Source of the DNA: an uncultured virus (IMG/VR IMGVR_UViG_3300022822_000010)
Lineage: Duplodnaviria > Heunggongvirae > Uroviricota > Caudoviricetes
Virus record (IMG/VR): IMGVR_UViG_3300022822_000010
DNA length: 64,000 bases
Strand: one strand, 5' to 3'
A program made the translations under genes and the position numbers. Below are positions 11,301 to 20,036 of this stretch, in pieces. The notes beneath the pieces are model-generated. The model did not search any database. It saw only the letters and a program-made list of their open reading frames with translations, and was not told the DNA's origin. Position 1 is the first letter of the stretch. Each line of letters opens with the position of its first letter.

Positions 11301-12438
11301 CGCTTAGTTGTTCTTTGTAGGTACGTGGCTTTTCTAGGTCAACATAGGTTGGAGCAATAGTATCGACGCGATATCCAGACACATAAGCTTTACCCGAAGA
11401 TAATTGGACAGTTAATAGACTTTCAGCGCTGCTATTTCCAGAGTCGGTGGTGTCGCCTTCGGTATAGACGCCGTTGTTTGTACCATCGTTTAGAGTTTCG
11501 CGTATAATTATATCAAATGGGTCTACGACGTAATCGCCAGACTCTTCGGAAGTTCTTTGTGCTAAACGATCATCCCATATAGTGTTTACGTTGTTAGCTG
11601 CATCAAAGCTTTGTACTTGCCGACCATTATTAATTCTGGAAATTTCGGAAAAGTTGTCTACATCACCGTCTAATGGGTGATAGTTTAATTCAAGCGATAT
11701 AGAATATCTATCAGCTCCGCGAGCCGAAAAGTTAGGCGAACCTTGAGCATTATCAAGTAATGACTCGTCTTCTGTAGATGTTACTATGCTTTCTATAACA
11801 TCAAGTCCAACTCTAGCGCTTTCAGAGTTTGTATATTTTGATATGATAACTCTTTGACTAGGAGTATATACAAAGTGGCCTCTTATAAAGTATACACCAG
11901 ATTGGATAGATGCTGATTGTCCTATTCCGGTATGGTTAGAAGCAGCGACAGATATTACAGGCAATCCAGATTGAATATTATTGACGGTTTCAAACAAAGC
12001 AATTATATTCTCAGAAGCGCTGAATTCAATAGATGCTTTGTCGTCTCCGGTCTTAGTGTAAGATACGTAAATGGTAGGAGCGTCTGTATCAGTTGATTTA
12101 GTTGCGGCGATAATGTTAGCTTGAACACCAGAATCTTCTCCGACCACATCAAGACCGACTAGCTGATCAAGATAATCGTCAACATTGACGCTTTGAAATA
12201 CGGACGTTAGTTTGATTGAACGAAAGTCTTTAGAATAACCAAACTCTCCGCCAATAACTCTAGACCCATCTTTATAAAACGAACCACCCACGCGCTCTAT
12301 TTGCTTTTGTAAAGCTGTTTGAAGCTGGGTCAACTCTCTTGCTTGAACTGATAGACCGGGCTTGAAAAGTATTTTATAGAAACCTTTCTTCTCGTCATAG
12401 TCGTCAAAATATGGGTCGCTGTTAAAATTAATTGCCAT
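5389..12438 (-). CDS. VrlC-like (DUF4815) large virion structural protein
   Basis: NSDPYFDDYD...FYKILFKPG..VQARELTQLQ, NGLDRFKAGFLVDNF, WWDPLAQS, IKDLRAIALA motifs; position after gp8. Confidence 0.85.
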   Translation of the reverse strand: MAINFNSDPYFDDYDEKKGFYKILFKPGLSVQARELTQLQTALQKQIERVGGSFYKDGSRVIGGEFGYSKDFRSIKLTSVFQSVNVDDYLDQLVGLDVVGEDSGVQANIIAATKSTDTDAPTIYVSYTKTGDDKASIEFSASENIIALFETVNNIQSGLPVISVAASNHTGIGQSASIQSGVYFIRGHFVYTPSQRVIISKYTNSESARVGLDVIESIVTSTEDESLLDNAQGSPNFSARGADRYSISLELNYHPLDGDVDNFSEISRINNGRQVQSFDAANNVNTIWDDRLAQRTSEESGDYVVDPFDIIIRETLNDGTNNGVYTEGDTTDSGNSSAESLLTVQLSSGKAYVSGYRVDTIAPTYVDLEKPRTYKEQLSASTSVEVGNFVRVKNSYNLPDVSGDFAQGVTPFKEVGLFDSFTSSGGSAEGEKIGVSRIRAIEFDSGSQGAFDDSLDAESIFRMFLFDIKMFTKLVVSASVETDHIVSGSLITGSTSGAYGYVNSSSSGTDLYLTSVTGKFFDSEELISTGSYASGKRVTNIGGSTAVTISSTVINAFDKVKQLFMDDADANQNFTADLLMEIRQSVSGSVSVTGTNMSGFNTSLTSDLIVGDEVLIPSGAAGVLETRFIASISSDSVATLSSSVTNSVSSIGVTRARAFINDQEKNLIIRKLAKDNVRSLLVDSIGNTSNTSIEVRKQYIANSDTSGQASLSTGANQTFNAESNLDYSIAVITAGVQIGGDTPLSVGTIVNINSNKISITGDGTNTLTFSSPALFGNGAELKISATIKKSLVSAKVKNINRSAKLRVLNKKDYLVADGVTVYGTSAHHPEISLGVSDAVKLLAVYDSGVVGTPAVGESLAVSSVVGVYTKGEKIRGTTSGAIGISVTTTNPIQYVAFNSIPFSIGEQLVGQSSGATSIVDSVSNSDANILNNFLLDSGQRDNFYDIARLYLKNKGSKPAGDLLVVFDYFSHGSGDFFSVDSYATVDYKDVPTYNATRIDPEVRNAKGQYDLRSCVDFRPRIANRVNIEANGEMNVTLSSFDFESRFYSGSGSSKVDLVKDNSNFSYNFDFYLGRNSSIFLTDTGLFRIVDGYNAEDPKTPSDLDNSMRVADIKMSPYVLDINDVEVQEFNNKHYTMKDINLLENRINNIEYYTALSLLEKNAENAQIKDANGLDRFKAGFLVDNFGGHKIGDTVNQDYRCAIDMNSRALRPKYIMKNIELEENALTDDDRLSSGYVVKAGLAMLPYTHFESITQKYGTRVENLNPVLGFFWEGSLKLIPEADEWFETKMLPAIRSNAEGNFNTVVAANRNAVGTVWDAPVTQWTGVLDTQTGNTFRSRQRSRVRGLAVLRRVTVNELGVSSQNGIQTSIVEQTDFKTLSNKIVARNIIPFMREREIYFEATGLKPLTQVYPFFDKIDVSRFIDQVSGSFTAKTGSTLMKPQYADWSTISKVEVYYDNNRNSAVTMRIETARETDSAFGINNPLEYWKIRGEQNTPNVRSTRQDVMTFDQGNNTLLPADTALSPNDKGELYFRLRIKPIDGSKMDNHQIQIIEVVLYDQSGDVISNIDNAEVISSSNIATAYNSFGTVDINSDVALIQNHNSDRSGSGESPLQATRTSFGIFQHEIVARITGGDFSVPSTSGNVRFTKTEDVQAGVLVSDAAGRVAGVFKIPNPNVSGNPKFQTGSRELRLSTSAQTSTDTESFAIAEFTSKGVLQSRQKSIVAIRNARVVRQNVNITTSVTRVRNSQLVETGWWDPLAQSILPATEGGEFITKFDIFFSQKDGVIPVNLALRIMENGTPTTTVIPGASVTLNPEEVNVSFDGSVATTFEFENPIYVKENVEIAVVLTTNSQKYLVWISRLGESDAATDIAVSEQPYLGVLFKSQNQSTWTPYDLEDLKFTCYRAKFDIASAGVVTLNNVNIPFDSLDINPLEMTAGSNIIKVSHSDHGMYGSNNYARLANIRNDIPTTLLTAEFSDVATTLTLASFPAEFPNTGNHTFKIYTSNSIENVPEVITADLALSSGNLVLSNITRAVSGDQGTHYIGEVVEFYELNGVPLNEINDVSLLVSNQNLDYYTISTSTNATLDAVVGGSIASASNNAVADSYQVMLPVLELPDTSTQIKTKFVTGSSASGTQASFSIEEEFDAVVTERIVSESPVMIASEANEAANISSTKSCTVRVIMESLKDNVSPVVDLDRKSITMHSNRIDNIRSASDVYPASSYVSPTAPDGDSGEAVYITKRVQLENSATAIRVYFDSVRNASADLQVMYKVLRSDDSTDFDEIGWSYFNTNGAADDAVSVVADRVSYLEYKYTENDIPEFIAFAIKIKMNGTNSSEVPLIKDLRAIALAV

Positions 12439-12477
12439 CTGTTTCTTAACTCCAAATAAATTCTTTTATATTAAGTA

Positions 12478-12485
12478 TATTTATA
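12478..12485 (-). promoter_or_regulatory. T4-type late promoter
   Basis: Exact TATAAATA on the minus strand upstream of the VrlC-like gene. Confidence 0.7.
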
Positions 12486-12487
12486 AC

Positions 12488-14086
12488 TTAAAATTTTATG
12501 TATGTTTTTAGTATCACGTTTTGATCTAACTTTTCTCTGTAGGCAGATTTGTTATCGTAATAAAGTAAGCTTCCACTAAACTTATCTATCTCAGGAGTAA
12601 TAATGCTCGTCACCTCGAATAGATGAACATCATTCTCGTTTTTAAAGGAATCGCCAACTTCAATACCAGCAGCGGTTAGATTCTGAATCATTATCTTATT
12701 ATCTTCGCTCTTCGATTGGATAACAACAAACTCCACATTATCCGATGATCGAGTGATTATTTCATCAGGTAAAACTGATTGAGATAGACTATCAAAACCA
12801 GCAACCCAACATGCCCCCGCGCGATCATTTATATATAGCCTTCTTGAACCGCCTGTAGTATATTGATCAGGGTTTATTATTATCCCAGCTTGCCTGTAGT
12901 CATTTGTTAGTCTAAACCCTTGACGGATATCTTCTGTTGTATCCATATAAAATGCTAATATATCTGAAAACGATTCTTCTATTATATTGTTACCGTGTCC
13001 TCCAACAGGCGATATTATACTTCTTGCCGAAGCATTAACCCCGTCACCAGAAATAGTAATTGTCGCATAAGTGTAACCAACGCCCCTCGCACCTATTTGT
13101 ATTGATGAAATAGATCCGTTTAAAATCGTGGCGCTTGCGGTTGCTCCGCTACCGTCGCCTGATAACGTTACTGTAGCATTCGTAAAACCACTTCCAGCAT
13201 TTTCTAGGTATATGAAGCTCAACTCTCCATCCACAGCCGATAATTGAACATCGGATTGTGATGATGATAAGTCGCCAACATTCAGATCAATCTCGATAAC
13301 TGCTCCGCTGCCCTGAGGTAACAACGGATTAGGTGAGGAGACTACGACCGAAGCATTAGTGTACCCAGAACCAGCATTTATAACATTTATATTTGTTATC
13401 TCGCCTGTCACGGTATCAATTACTGGTTCGAATTTAGCGTTTGCTCCATCACCGACTATCTGTAACAGAGTATTACCCTCTACGTAACCCGTACCGCCAT
13501 TTACTAATACAGGCGTAACTCCTGGTGAATAAAAATTATCGGTAATGCTGTTCTGAATAGGCATATAAGCGCCTGACATGAATCGTCCTTGAGATAATAT
13601 TGAAACCGGCATCATATACTTCCAAACGTACCCATCAGCCAAAGAAATGAAGCTCAGAGAATTACCCGTGGGTTTTACGGTCGATGGCGAGCCGTAGTTA
13701 TTCGAAATACATTTATAAATATTAAACTCGTCGGTGATAACATAAATGCTTGCTTTGACTAAAGAAGTAGCACCCGATGGAGCAACGTTAGTTACCGAAT
13801 AACTCGGGTCATACATATCATAAACTCTATTAGCGACCCAATCTTGTTTATCGATAGCAAACGATATTTCAGTATCTAGCACTCGCCGTAACGAAATAGT
13901 ATTATTTCGCGTGTTGTATTCATCTTCGTAGGTCTGAGTAGCATCGATTGGTGTATCGGTGAATTCGTCCCAAGGTATGGTTTTACCTAAAAAGAAATAA
14001 GCCGATGTAGTTCTGTTTATAACGCCATTATAAAATGAACGTGCTATTATAGAATGGATATCTTCTTTTAGTATTGATGTCGTCAT
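12488..14086 (-). CDS. gp8: Baseplate wedge subunit gp8
   Basis: YVITDEFNIYKCISNN, DGYVWKYM, NDYRQAGIIINP, SGSLLYYDN motifs; synteny. Confidence 0.85.
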   Translation of the reverse strand: MTTSILKEDIHSIIARSFYNGVINRTTSAYFFLGKTIPWDEFTDTPIDATQTYEDEYNTRNNTISLRRVLDTEISFAIDKQDWVANRVYDMYDPSYSVTNVAPSGATSLVKASIYVITDEFNIYKCISNNYGSPSTVKPTGNSLSFISLADGYVWKYMMPVSILSQGRFMSGAYMPIQNSITDNFYSPGVTPVLVNGGTGYVEGNTLLQIVGDGANAKFEPVIDTVTGEITNINVINAGSGYTNASVVVSSPNPLLPQGSGAVIEIDLNVGDLSSSQSDVQLSAVDGELSFIYLENAGSGFTNATVTLSGDGSGATASATILNGSISSIQIGARGVGYTYATITISGDGVNASARSIISPVGGHGNNIIEESFSDILAFYMDTTEDIRQGFRLTNDYRQAGIIINPDQYTTGGSRRLYINDRAGACWVAGFDSLSQSVLPDEIITRSSDNVEFVVIQSKSEDNKIMIQNLTAAGIEVGDSFKNENDVHLFEVTSIITPEIDKFSGSLLYYDNKSAYREKLDQNVILKTYIKF

Positions 14087-14098
14087 TTTAAATCTCTT

Positions 14099-14551
14099 TT
14101 ATGCAAGCGCCAATGTAATTACCCAAGAAATAATAAACTGATCGCCTGCTTCTTTGTTTATCACAGGGAATACCGTTCTCGCTAACATAATTCCGCCAGT
14201 AGTTTCGCTGTTATATAAAGCAGCTTCTGTTATCGCGCCAGTACCCTCTCCAGATTCGAACGAAGTTTGAAATTCTATGCTGTTGTTAGCTGAAGATATT
14301 GTTTTAGTGGCGATAACGTTTCTGTGAGATTCAGCGCCAAGAGAAGTATCCGTGCCTGCTACAGCAGTCGTATCTGTACCGATAGCCATACCCTTTATAC
14401 CAGCGGGTCGAGCATCATCTATCAGCGAACCAAGTATAAAATCGATACCAGTCTCTACGACTAGGTTGCGAAATGCGAAAACTTCATCGCCTATATTACT
14501 GCGTTTAGTGACCGTTAAATCTCCGCGAACACTAATATTTTCTTTAAACAT
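14099..14551 (-). CDS. Baseplate/tail-associated structural protein
   Basis: NLVVETG...MAIGT...GTGAITEAAL...MLARTVFPVINK pattern; lies between gp7-like and gp8. Confidence 0.6.
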   Translation of the reverse strand: MFKENISVRGDLTVTKRSNIGDEVFAFRNLVVETGIDFILGSLIDDARPAGIKGMAIGTDTTAVAGTDTSLGAESHRNVIATKTISSANNSIEFQTSFESGEGTGAITEAALYNSETTGGIMLARTVFPVINKEAGDQFIISWVITLALA

Positions 14552-14562
14552 TTTTAAAACTC

Positions 14563-16560
14563 CTAGGTAATTGTTACAGGGGTTCTATAGAACCCGACAG
14601 TATCGTGATTGTCTTCAAAATACCCAGACTCGGCATATAACTCTACAACTGTTAATTCAGCATATTCTTCGACGCTCAGACTCTCTTCGAATGGCTTTCT
14701 AGAAGTTTTTGCTTGGCTATCGGCGATCGTCAAGCTTTCGCTAAACGGTTTATGAAAGTATTTAGCTACGCTATCAGATACCCTAACTAGCTCATAAGCT
14801 AGGCTAGTAAATAAGTCGCCGACCTCTACCGCAGAAGCAAAATGATGCTCCGCATTAAGATTTAATCCAGTCAACGAGAAGTCGCTAACGATTACTTGTT
14901 CTGCAAATAGCTTCATCCCCGCAGGGTGTATTGTTCTCGTGATAACATCTTCGGAAACAGTTGGGTTCTGGCTCGATTGTACCGTATATGAAAACTCTTG
15001 ATAGAAGTTGTTATCATGTATCTTGATTATGTCAGACAAAAAACCTTTTCGGTCTTTGTACTCTGCTGCAGTTATTCCTACTGGATTCGATATAAATGAT
15101 AATTCAGCTGGATCGCCGTTAGGGTCATTGGGTGTTACGAATGAAGTATATACTTGAGGATAGTTATAACCAAATGTTACTAGCCTTAAAAGATTTATGC
15201 CGTCATCGCCCCCCGTACCGATAACGCGAACAGATGCCCCTGTGCCAACGCTTTCTATAAATTCGTCATTTAGATCAAGGTCTAATATGGCTTGCCCTAT
15301 AAAAGTATCAACCCAGATTTGTTCATCAGCAGTTACTGTATAGCCTTTAGCTCTTCTGACTAAAATGACGAAATCCGATATATCGACCACGCCATCATTG
15401 TTTATATCCCCTCTGGCAAAATTCTCGCCTGCTGGGACTTCTTCGAAAAATGCCGCAAGGTTGCCGCCACCAGAGAAAGATATTTTATCAATAAATTTCT
15501 CTATCACGGCATCATAGTTGACTCGGATATTCGTAGCAGGCAAATTATCGGGTAGTTCTACTATACTTGTTCTTGAACTACCATCAACGCCGCGTATTTG
15601 CGTTGTTGCTTTTCGTCCCCGCGTAATAATCAGCTTAGTTACATCTTCGCGCGATATCGTCTCAACCGAACTACCGTTAGTGAAATGCTGTCTCTTAACC
15701 GATTCGATTTTATTGGGCTTTAACTTGTCGGCAGAAACGTACCATCGTTTGAAGATTTTTTCTTCATACAAACTGCTAACTGCAGATAGGTATTCTGTCC
15801 GTTCAGGCTCTTGTAAGCCGTTTATGTAATTAAACGAATAGTTATAATCATAATGCGGTATGTTGTATGTTTCGCCTAAACTAAAGCCTGTACCAGCGCT
15901 CGCTATATCCACAACGTTAGAAAGCGATTCAATCAGAGTCATCTTTACGTCTTGGAAAGCAAGCGTAGACCCAGCATAGAAGAAACCTGAATAATAACGA
16001 GATATAAACAGCTCGTATATACCGCCAGCGGAATCTCTAATATTTATTTGCTTTATCTCGACCTCAAACCGCTGTTCGGGCGCTCCAGGAAAAAATGTAG
16101 TGACCGTAACAAACTGACCCGAGGTCTTAAATATGTCACCATCATCCAGTTTTACCGTCACTGAGTAATCTTGACTCCAAGCTCCGGTTGACGGTTTAAG
16201 TATAAATTCTTTCGGTAACGTTACAGTCACTTCTTCGCCGAATAGCGCCCTGAAAAGAACTTTGATAGAATCCACAGACCCCTTGGCCTTGTATATAGAA
16301 TTCAAATTACTTATAATGTTAGCTCTATCGCCAAGTTTATTCTCTACCCAGTCAGCACCAAACTCTTTATATATTACATCGAGATACGTGTCAACTGAAT
16401 TAAATACGTCACGACTCGCGACCGCATTATTTATCATGTATGACGGTAAATCTTCTGTATTCATGTATTCGTAATAAGCTTTCAAAAACTTTACAAACGC
16501 TTGAGACACAGAAGCTAGTTGCTCGGGTATAACGCTTGGTATTCTGTTTTGTTCCATCAT
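14563..16560 (-). CDS. gp7: Baseplate wedge initiator gp7-like
   Basis: FVKFLKAYYEY, YKAKGS..SIKVLFRALFG, IHDNNFYQEFSY, HPAGMKLF motifs; downstream of gp6. Confidence 0.75.
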   Translation of the reverse strand: MMEQNRIPSVIPEQLASVSQAFVKFLKAYYEYMNTEDLPSYMINNAVASRDVFNSVDTYLDVIYKEFGADWVENKLGDRANIISNLNSIYKAKGSVDSIKVLFRALFGEEVTVTLPKEFILKPSTGAWSQDYSVTVKLDDGDIFKTSGQFVTVTTFFPGAPEQRFEVEIKQINIRDSAGGIYELFISRYYSGFFYAGSTLAFQDVKMTLIESLSNVVDIASAGTGFSLGETYNIPHYDYNYSFNYINGLQEPERTEYLSAVSSLYEEKIFKRWYVSADKLKPNKIESVKRQHFTNGSSVETISREDVTKLIITRGRKATTQIRGVDGSSRTSIVELPDNLPATNIRVNYDAVIEKFIDKISFSGGGNLAAFFEEVPAGENFARGDINNDGVVDISDFVILVRRAKGYTVTADEQIWVDTFIGQAILDLDLNDEFIESVGTGASVRVIGTGGDDGINLLRLVTFGYNYPQVYTSFVTPNDPNGDPAELSFISNPVGITAAEYKDRKGFLSDIIKIHDNNFYQEFSYTVQSSQNPTVSEDVITRTIHPAGMKLFAEQVIVSDFSLTGLNLNAEHHFASAVEVGDLFTSLAYELVRVSDSVAKYFHKPFSESLTIADSQAKTSRKPFEESLSVEEYAELTVVELYAESGYFEDNHDTVGFYRTPVTIT

Positions 16561-18416
16561 TAGCTCCCGTTCACGCTAAATGATTCGTATGACGAGACGC
16601 CTGCTAAACTGTAGGCAGCAATAGTGTCAACGAAACCCGTAACCTTTATATCAGAAGACTGAATTGTAATTATCTGATTAAACTTCGGTGCGATGTCATA
16701 GGCATCTGGTCTGATATAAATATCTATCAAATTAGATGTATCAAAACGTATAGAGTTTAGAAAAACTTTTCCTTTAATAACATCAGCATAGCCGATATCA
16801 GAATATTTAGATATTTTTAGCCCCGTACTTGCGTTTATTATATAAAGCTTTCTGTTCTTTGTACCATCAAGCATTGGCTCATCGCGTATTTCTGCGACAA
16901 CCCCGTCAATAATAAACTGGCTTGAGTAAACAACAAACTCGTCTACTTCGCTAGTCTTGAATATTTCTGTTGGGTAGTCTAGAGTGTATGCTACAGAAGA
17001 AAGAGGGTTTGGTTTCAATTTCTTGTACATAGTCATATAGACGATAGAATTTTCTATAGCAGAATCTACATCATCAACTGCGCGTAGCAATTTAGAATAC
17101 CTAAGAACTCCATCAAAACTAGATAATTCATTATTGGAATAGTCGGCTATAGTCTCGGCAACTAGGGTCTCGATATCAAACTTAGTTCGATTAGTGTTCT
17201 TGATATTATATTTGAATCTACAATCTATGTTTATATAATTATACTCAGACGCGACAATCTCTGGTGTTATAGCACCAACGTTTTTAGTCTTCAAAAATTG
17301 TCTTATAGACCCGCTCAAAGATTCTGTTATGTTACTTTGATCAAATAATGCCGGTGCTATGAAAACTTTACCATATTGTACAGGGTCTGCGTCTTCGCCA
17401 CCCCAAACAGAGACATCCTTTATGTTATTAAATTCATTTAATATTAATTGCTTATAGTCCCCTGCAGTGACTGCCCTATTTTGTATGCTATAATTTATAG
17501 GCCCGTTGTGCTTTACCGAATCGATCGACTCTTGTTCCGAACCGCCACTGGTTCTATTATAACCCTCAGAGAAAGATACGGATATATCACTCAACCCTTG
17601 AATAGACCCTGATGGCGACATTAGATTTATATTATTAGCTTCTGCCCCAATGGTCTCTATATATTGTACAACTACGTGAGAACCCGCTGGCGGTAATCTA
17701 CCTATGAAGTCGTCACCAAACCATATTTCATATCGTCCAAAATTATTCTCGCGTAAGAAGTAAACTGGGGACCTAGATGTAACATCGACTATATTACCAA
17801 AGTACTGATATTCTTCGCTCTCATTGGTATTAGGATTCTCAAACACGGTAACGCGTATGGTCTTGGTGTCGATATCCGAAGATTTCATTTCATAACGCTG
17901 AAAAGGTATTGCTCCATCTCGTCTGAACTTTTCTTCCCTGATAGACCCCTCAAAAACCGATACATTGAAAAACTTGTATGAGTTATCATTGAGTTTGCTT
18001 GCTACCGAGTTATCGATTGCGTTGAAAGTGTATACCTCATTATTAATTTTTCCACTAAATCTTGTACCACGCGGCATAGTAATCGATGTTGGATCAGCTA
18101 CTCCGCCCTGTACAACTATATCAATATTGGTGTTAGCGGATGATTTAGATTTCGGGACATATCCGATATTTTGAGCATGCGAGACTACGTTAGAACGAAC
18201 TTGAGCGGTGTCAAGAAATGTTTCGTTCATGTTTAAGTGAGCAAGCAATGCGTTGTAATGGGTATTATGAGATAAAAGATCAATGAGAACATTTATACCA
18301 GAACCCTCAAAATCATAATCGGTAAATTCGTCTTGTGAACTTAGGTATAGTTTAAGTTTCGCCTTAATCTTTTCAAAGTCAAGATTCTCGACGTCTGTTA
18401 CTTTATTACTGTTCAT
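16560..18416 (-). CDS. gp6: Baseplate wedge subunit gp6
   Basis: LDFEKIK...FTDYDFEGSG, QNRAVTAGDY, VWGGED...YGKVFI motifs. Confidence 0.92.
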   Translation of the reverse strand: MNSNKVTDVENLDFEKIKAKLKLYLSSQDEFTDYDFEGSGINVLIDLLSHNTHYNALLAHLNMNETFLDTAQVRSNVVSHAQNIGYVPKSKSSANTNIDIVVQGGVADPTSITMPRGTRFSGKINNEVYTFNAIDNSVASKLNDNSYKFFNVSVFEGSIREEKFRRDGAIPFQRYEMKSSDIDTKTIRVTVFENPNTNESEEYQYFGNIVDVTSRSPVYFLRENNFGRYEIWFGDDFIGRLPPAGSHVVVQYIETIGAEANNINLMSPSGSIQGLSDISVSFSEGYNRTSGGSEQESIDSVKHNGPINYSIQNRAVTAGDYKQLILNEFNNIKDVSVWGGEDADPVQYGKVFIAPALFDQSNITESLSGSIRQFLKTKNVGAITPEIVASEYNYINIDCRFKYNIKNTNRTKFDIETLVAETIADYSNNELSSFDGVLRYSKLLRAVDDVDSAIENSIVYMTMYKKLKPNPLSSVAYTLDYPTEIFKTSEVDEFVVYSSQFIIDGVVAEIRDEPMLDGTKNRKLYIINASTGLKISKYSDIGYADVIKGKVFLNSIRFDTSNLIDIYIRPDAYDIAPKFNQIITIQSSDIKVTGFVDTIAAYSLAGVSSYESFSVNGS

Positions 18417-18818
18417 TTATCGTAATCTCTCTAATATTAAGCTTAAATCTACGTTTGCTTGGCTATTAATTATGAAACAGTTAATAGTTATAGCATATGA
18501 GTTTCTATCTGGGTAGTCTTCTATCATAACGCGATTAATCTGTATTCTTGGCTCTTGCTCGCCGAGCGAATATTCAATTTCTGAACGCATTAAGGACTCG
18601 GTGACTCTATCCGCAGGCTCGAATAAGTAATTTGTTAAATCGCAACCAAATCTAGGGTTGAACGGTCTTTCCCCGCGCTTTGTTAACAATATATTCTTGA
18701 TCGAGTTTTTAATCGCATCGACGTCCTTTACTGGTCGGATATCACCAAATAGTGGGTGAGGCTTCAACGCGAGGTCGAGGTCTTTGTATTGATCTGATGA
18801 TGATATTAGATTAGTCAT
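18417..18818 (-). CDS. gp25: Baseplate wedge subunit gp25
   Basis: AIKNSIKNILLT..GERPFNPRFGC...EPRI motif. Confidence 0.92.
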   Translation of the reverse strand: MTNLISSSDQYKDLDLALKPHPLFGDIRPVKDVDAIKNSIKNILLTKRGERPFNPRFGCDLTNYLFEPADRVTESLMRSEIEYSLGEQEPRIQINRVMIEDYPDRNSYAITINCFIINSQANVDLSLILERLR

Positions 18819-18823
18819 AACTA

Positions 18824-18831
18824 TATTTATA
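18824..18831 (-). promoter_or_regulatory. T4-type late promoter
   Basis: Exact TATAAATA on the minus strand upstream of gp25. Confidence 0.7.
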
Positions 18832-18837
18832 CTCTTA

Positions 18838-19140
18838 TTAACCGTTGGCGAATACGTTTGGTGAACCGCTTATCATTGCCCCAGCGTCTGCGCTATCGCC
18901 TATACGCCCCATAGGTTTTCCCTCGCAAAATACGGTTGATGACCCTGCGTTAAGTTGAGCGCTATGCGGAACACAAACGTTTCCAGATAAAATGGTGTGC
19001 GGCGCAGTTGGCGCTCCGGGAACGCAAATCAGAATACCGTTAGCATAAACAGTTCCTTGATTAGCAGACGCGAGAGTCGTAACTCCATCGCAACCGTGAC
19101 CTGTGGTGAGTGAGTCACCGACTCTTACAGCAGCTGGCAT
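18838..19140 (-). CDS. PAAR-domain spike tip protein (gp5.4-like)
   Basis: MPAAVRVGD..TGH, GSSTVF..GKP.GRIGD, SGSPNVF motifs; follows gp5. Confidence 0.88.
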   Translation of the reverse strand: MPAAVRVGDSLTTGHGCDGVTTLASANQGTVYANGILICVPGAPTAPHTILSGNVCVPHSAQLNAGSSTVFCEGKPMGRIGDSADAGAMISGSPNVFANG

Positions 19141-20036
19141 TAGTTATGATCTATCCTCGAAGCTTTATCGTGCATTTTACCGCCAGACGTTCTATTATCT
19201 GTGCTGCCTATTGTCACATTTCTAGCCGCGCCGACACTTTCTGTCCAATTCTTACCTACGTCTACGTTGACATTTCCATCTACTTTGATGTTCCAATCCT
19301 GTTTTATATATAAATTACAGTTAGAGTCTATAGTAAGATTGACGTCACCCTTTACATTGACGAACTCGTCCCCGTATACTATTTCGTAATTATCAGCAAC
19401 AACCCGAGTAACAACTGTGCCGTCGGGGTGAACTTCTCTAAATGTTCCAGTTCTATGAAACTCGTGTAATCTCTCGGCCCCCTCAGTGTCATCAACTTCT
19501 TTAACATGTCCCGATTCCGATTCCGTTACCTTGTTGAATGGATATTTCGCAGCATACTTTGTAGATACCTCATCCCAAGTTTTGCCAGTCGAAGTCTTGA
19601 CACCTTTAGTCGTATTGCGTTTGTTAACTAGAATTTTCGATTCAGTATCAAGACCCCTAGCGAGTCGGTTTGCGTCAGGTTCGCCTAACAAACTAGATTT
19701 AGGGTACTGACCATCTGGGTCATTAAACCCTTTTCGCGGGTTCGGTGGATCCATACTCTTAGAAGATATCGCACCCATTATTAACGGGTCTTGACGGTCT
19801 TCGCCATCGCGAAAGAACCCATAAACCGTAGAACCTTTAACTAGGCCATGATGCGATTCTCCGATACCCGTAACACCCGCAGAGCTGGTTGGTTGCCCAA
19901 CGGTCGCCCAAGGCAAATCTTCGGTAGCAATTAAAACTTTATTATCTGTATGTATACCATAACACCTAACCCTAACCCTACCCATTTTTTCAGGGTCATT
20001 GCGATCTTCTACTACACCTTCAAACCAAACAAACAT
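19140..20036 (-). CDS. gp5: Baseplate central spike gp5 (OB fold plus beta-helix, no lysozyme domain)
   Basis: WFEGVVEDRNDP..MGRVRVRC.G.H, YPFNKVTESESGHV.EVDDT, C-terminal 8-residue beta-helix repeats ending SRIDHN. Confidence 0.9.
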   Translation of the reverse strand: MFVWFEGVVEDRNDPEKMGRVRVRCYGIHTDNKVLIATEDLPWATVGQPTSSAGVTGIGESHHGLVKGSTVYGFFRDGEDRQDPLIMGAISSKSMDPPNPRKGFNDPDGQYPKSSLLGEPDANRLARGLDTESKILVNKRNTTKGVKTSTGKTWDEVSTKYAAKYPFNKVTESESGHVKEVDDTEGAERLHEFHRTGTFREVHPDGTVVTRVVADNYEIVYGDEFVNVKGDVNLTIDSNCNLYIKQDWNIKVDGNVNVDVGKNWTESVGAARNVTIGSTDNRTSGGKMHDKASRIDHN

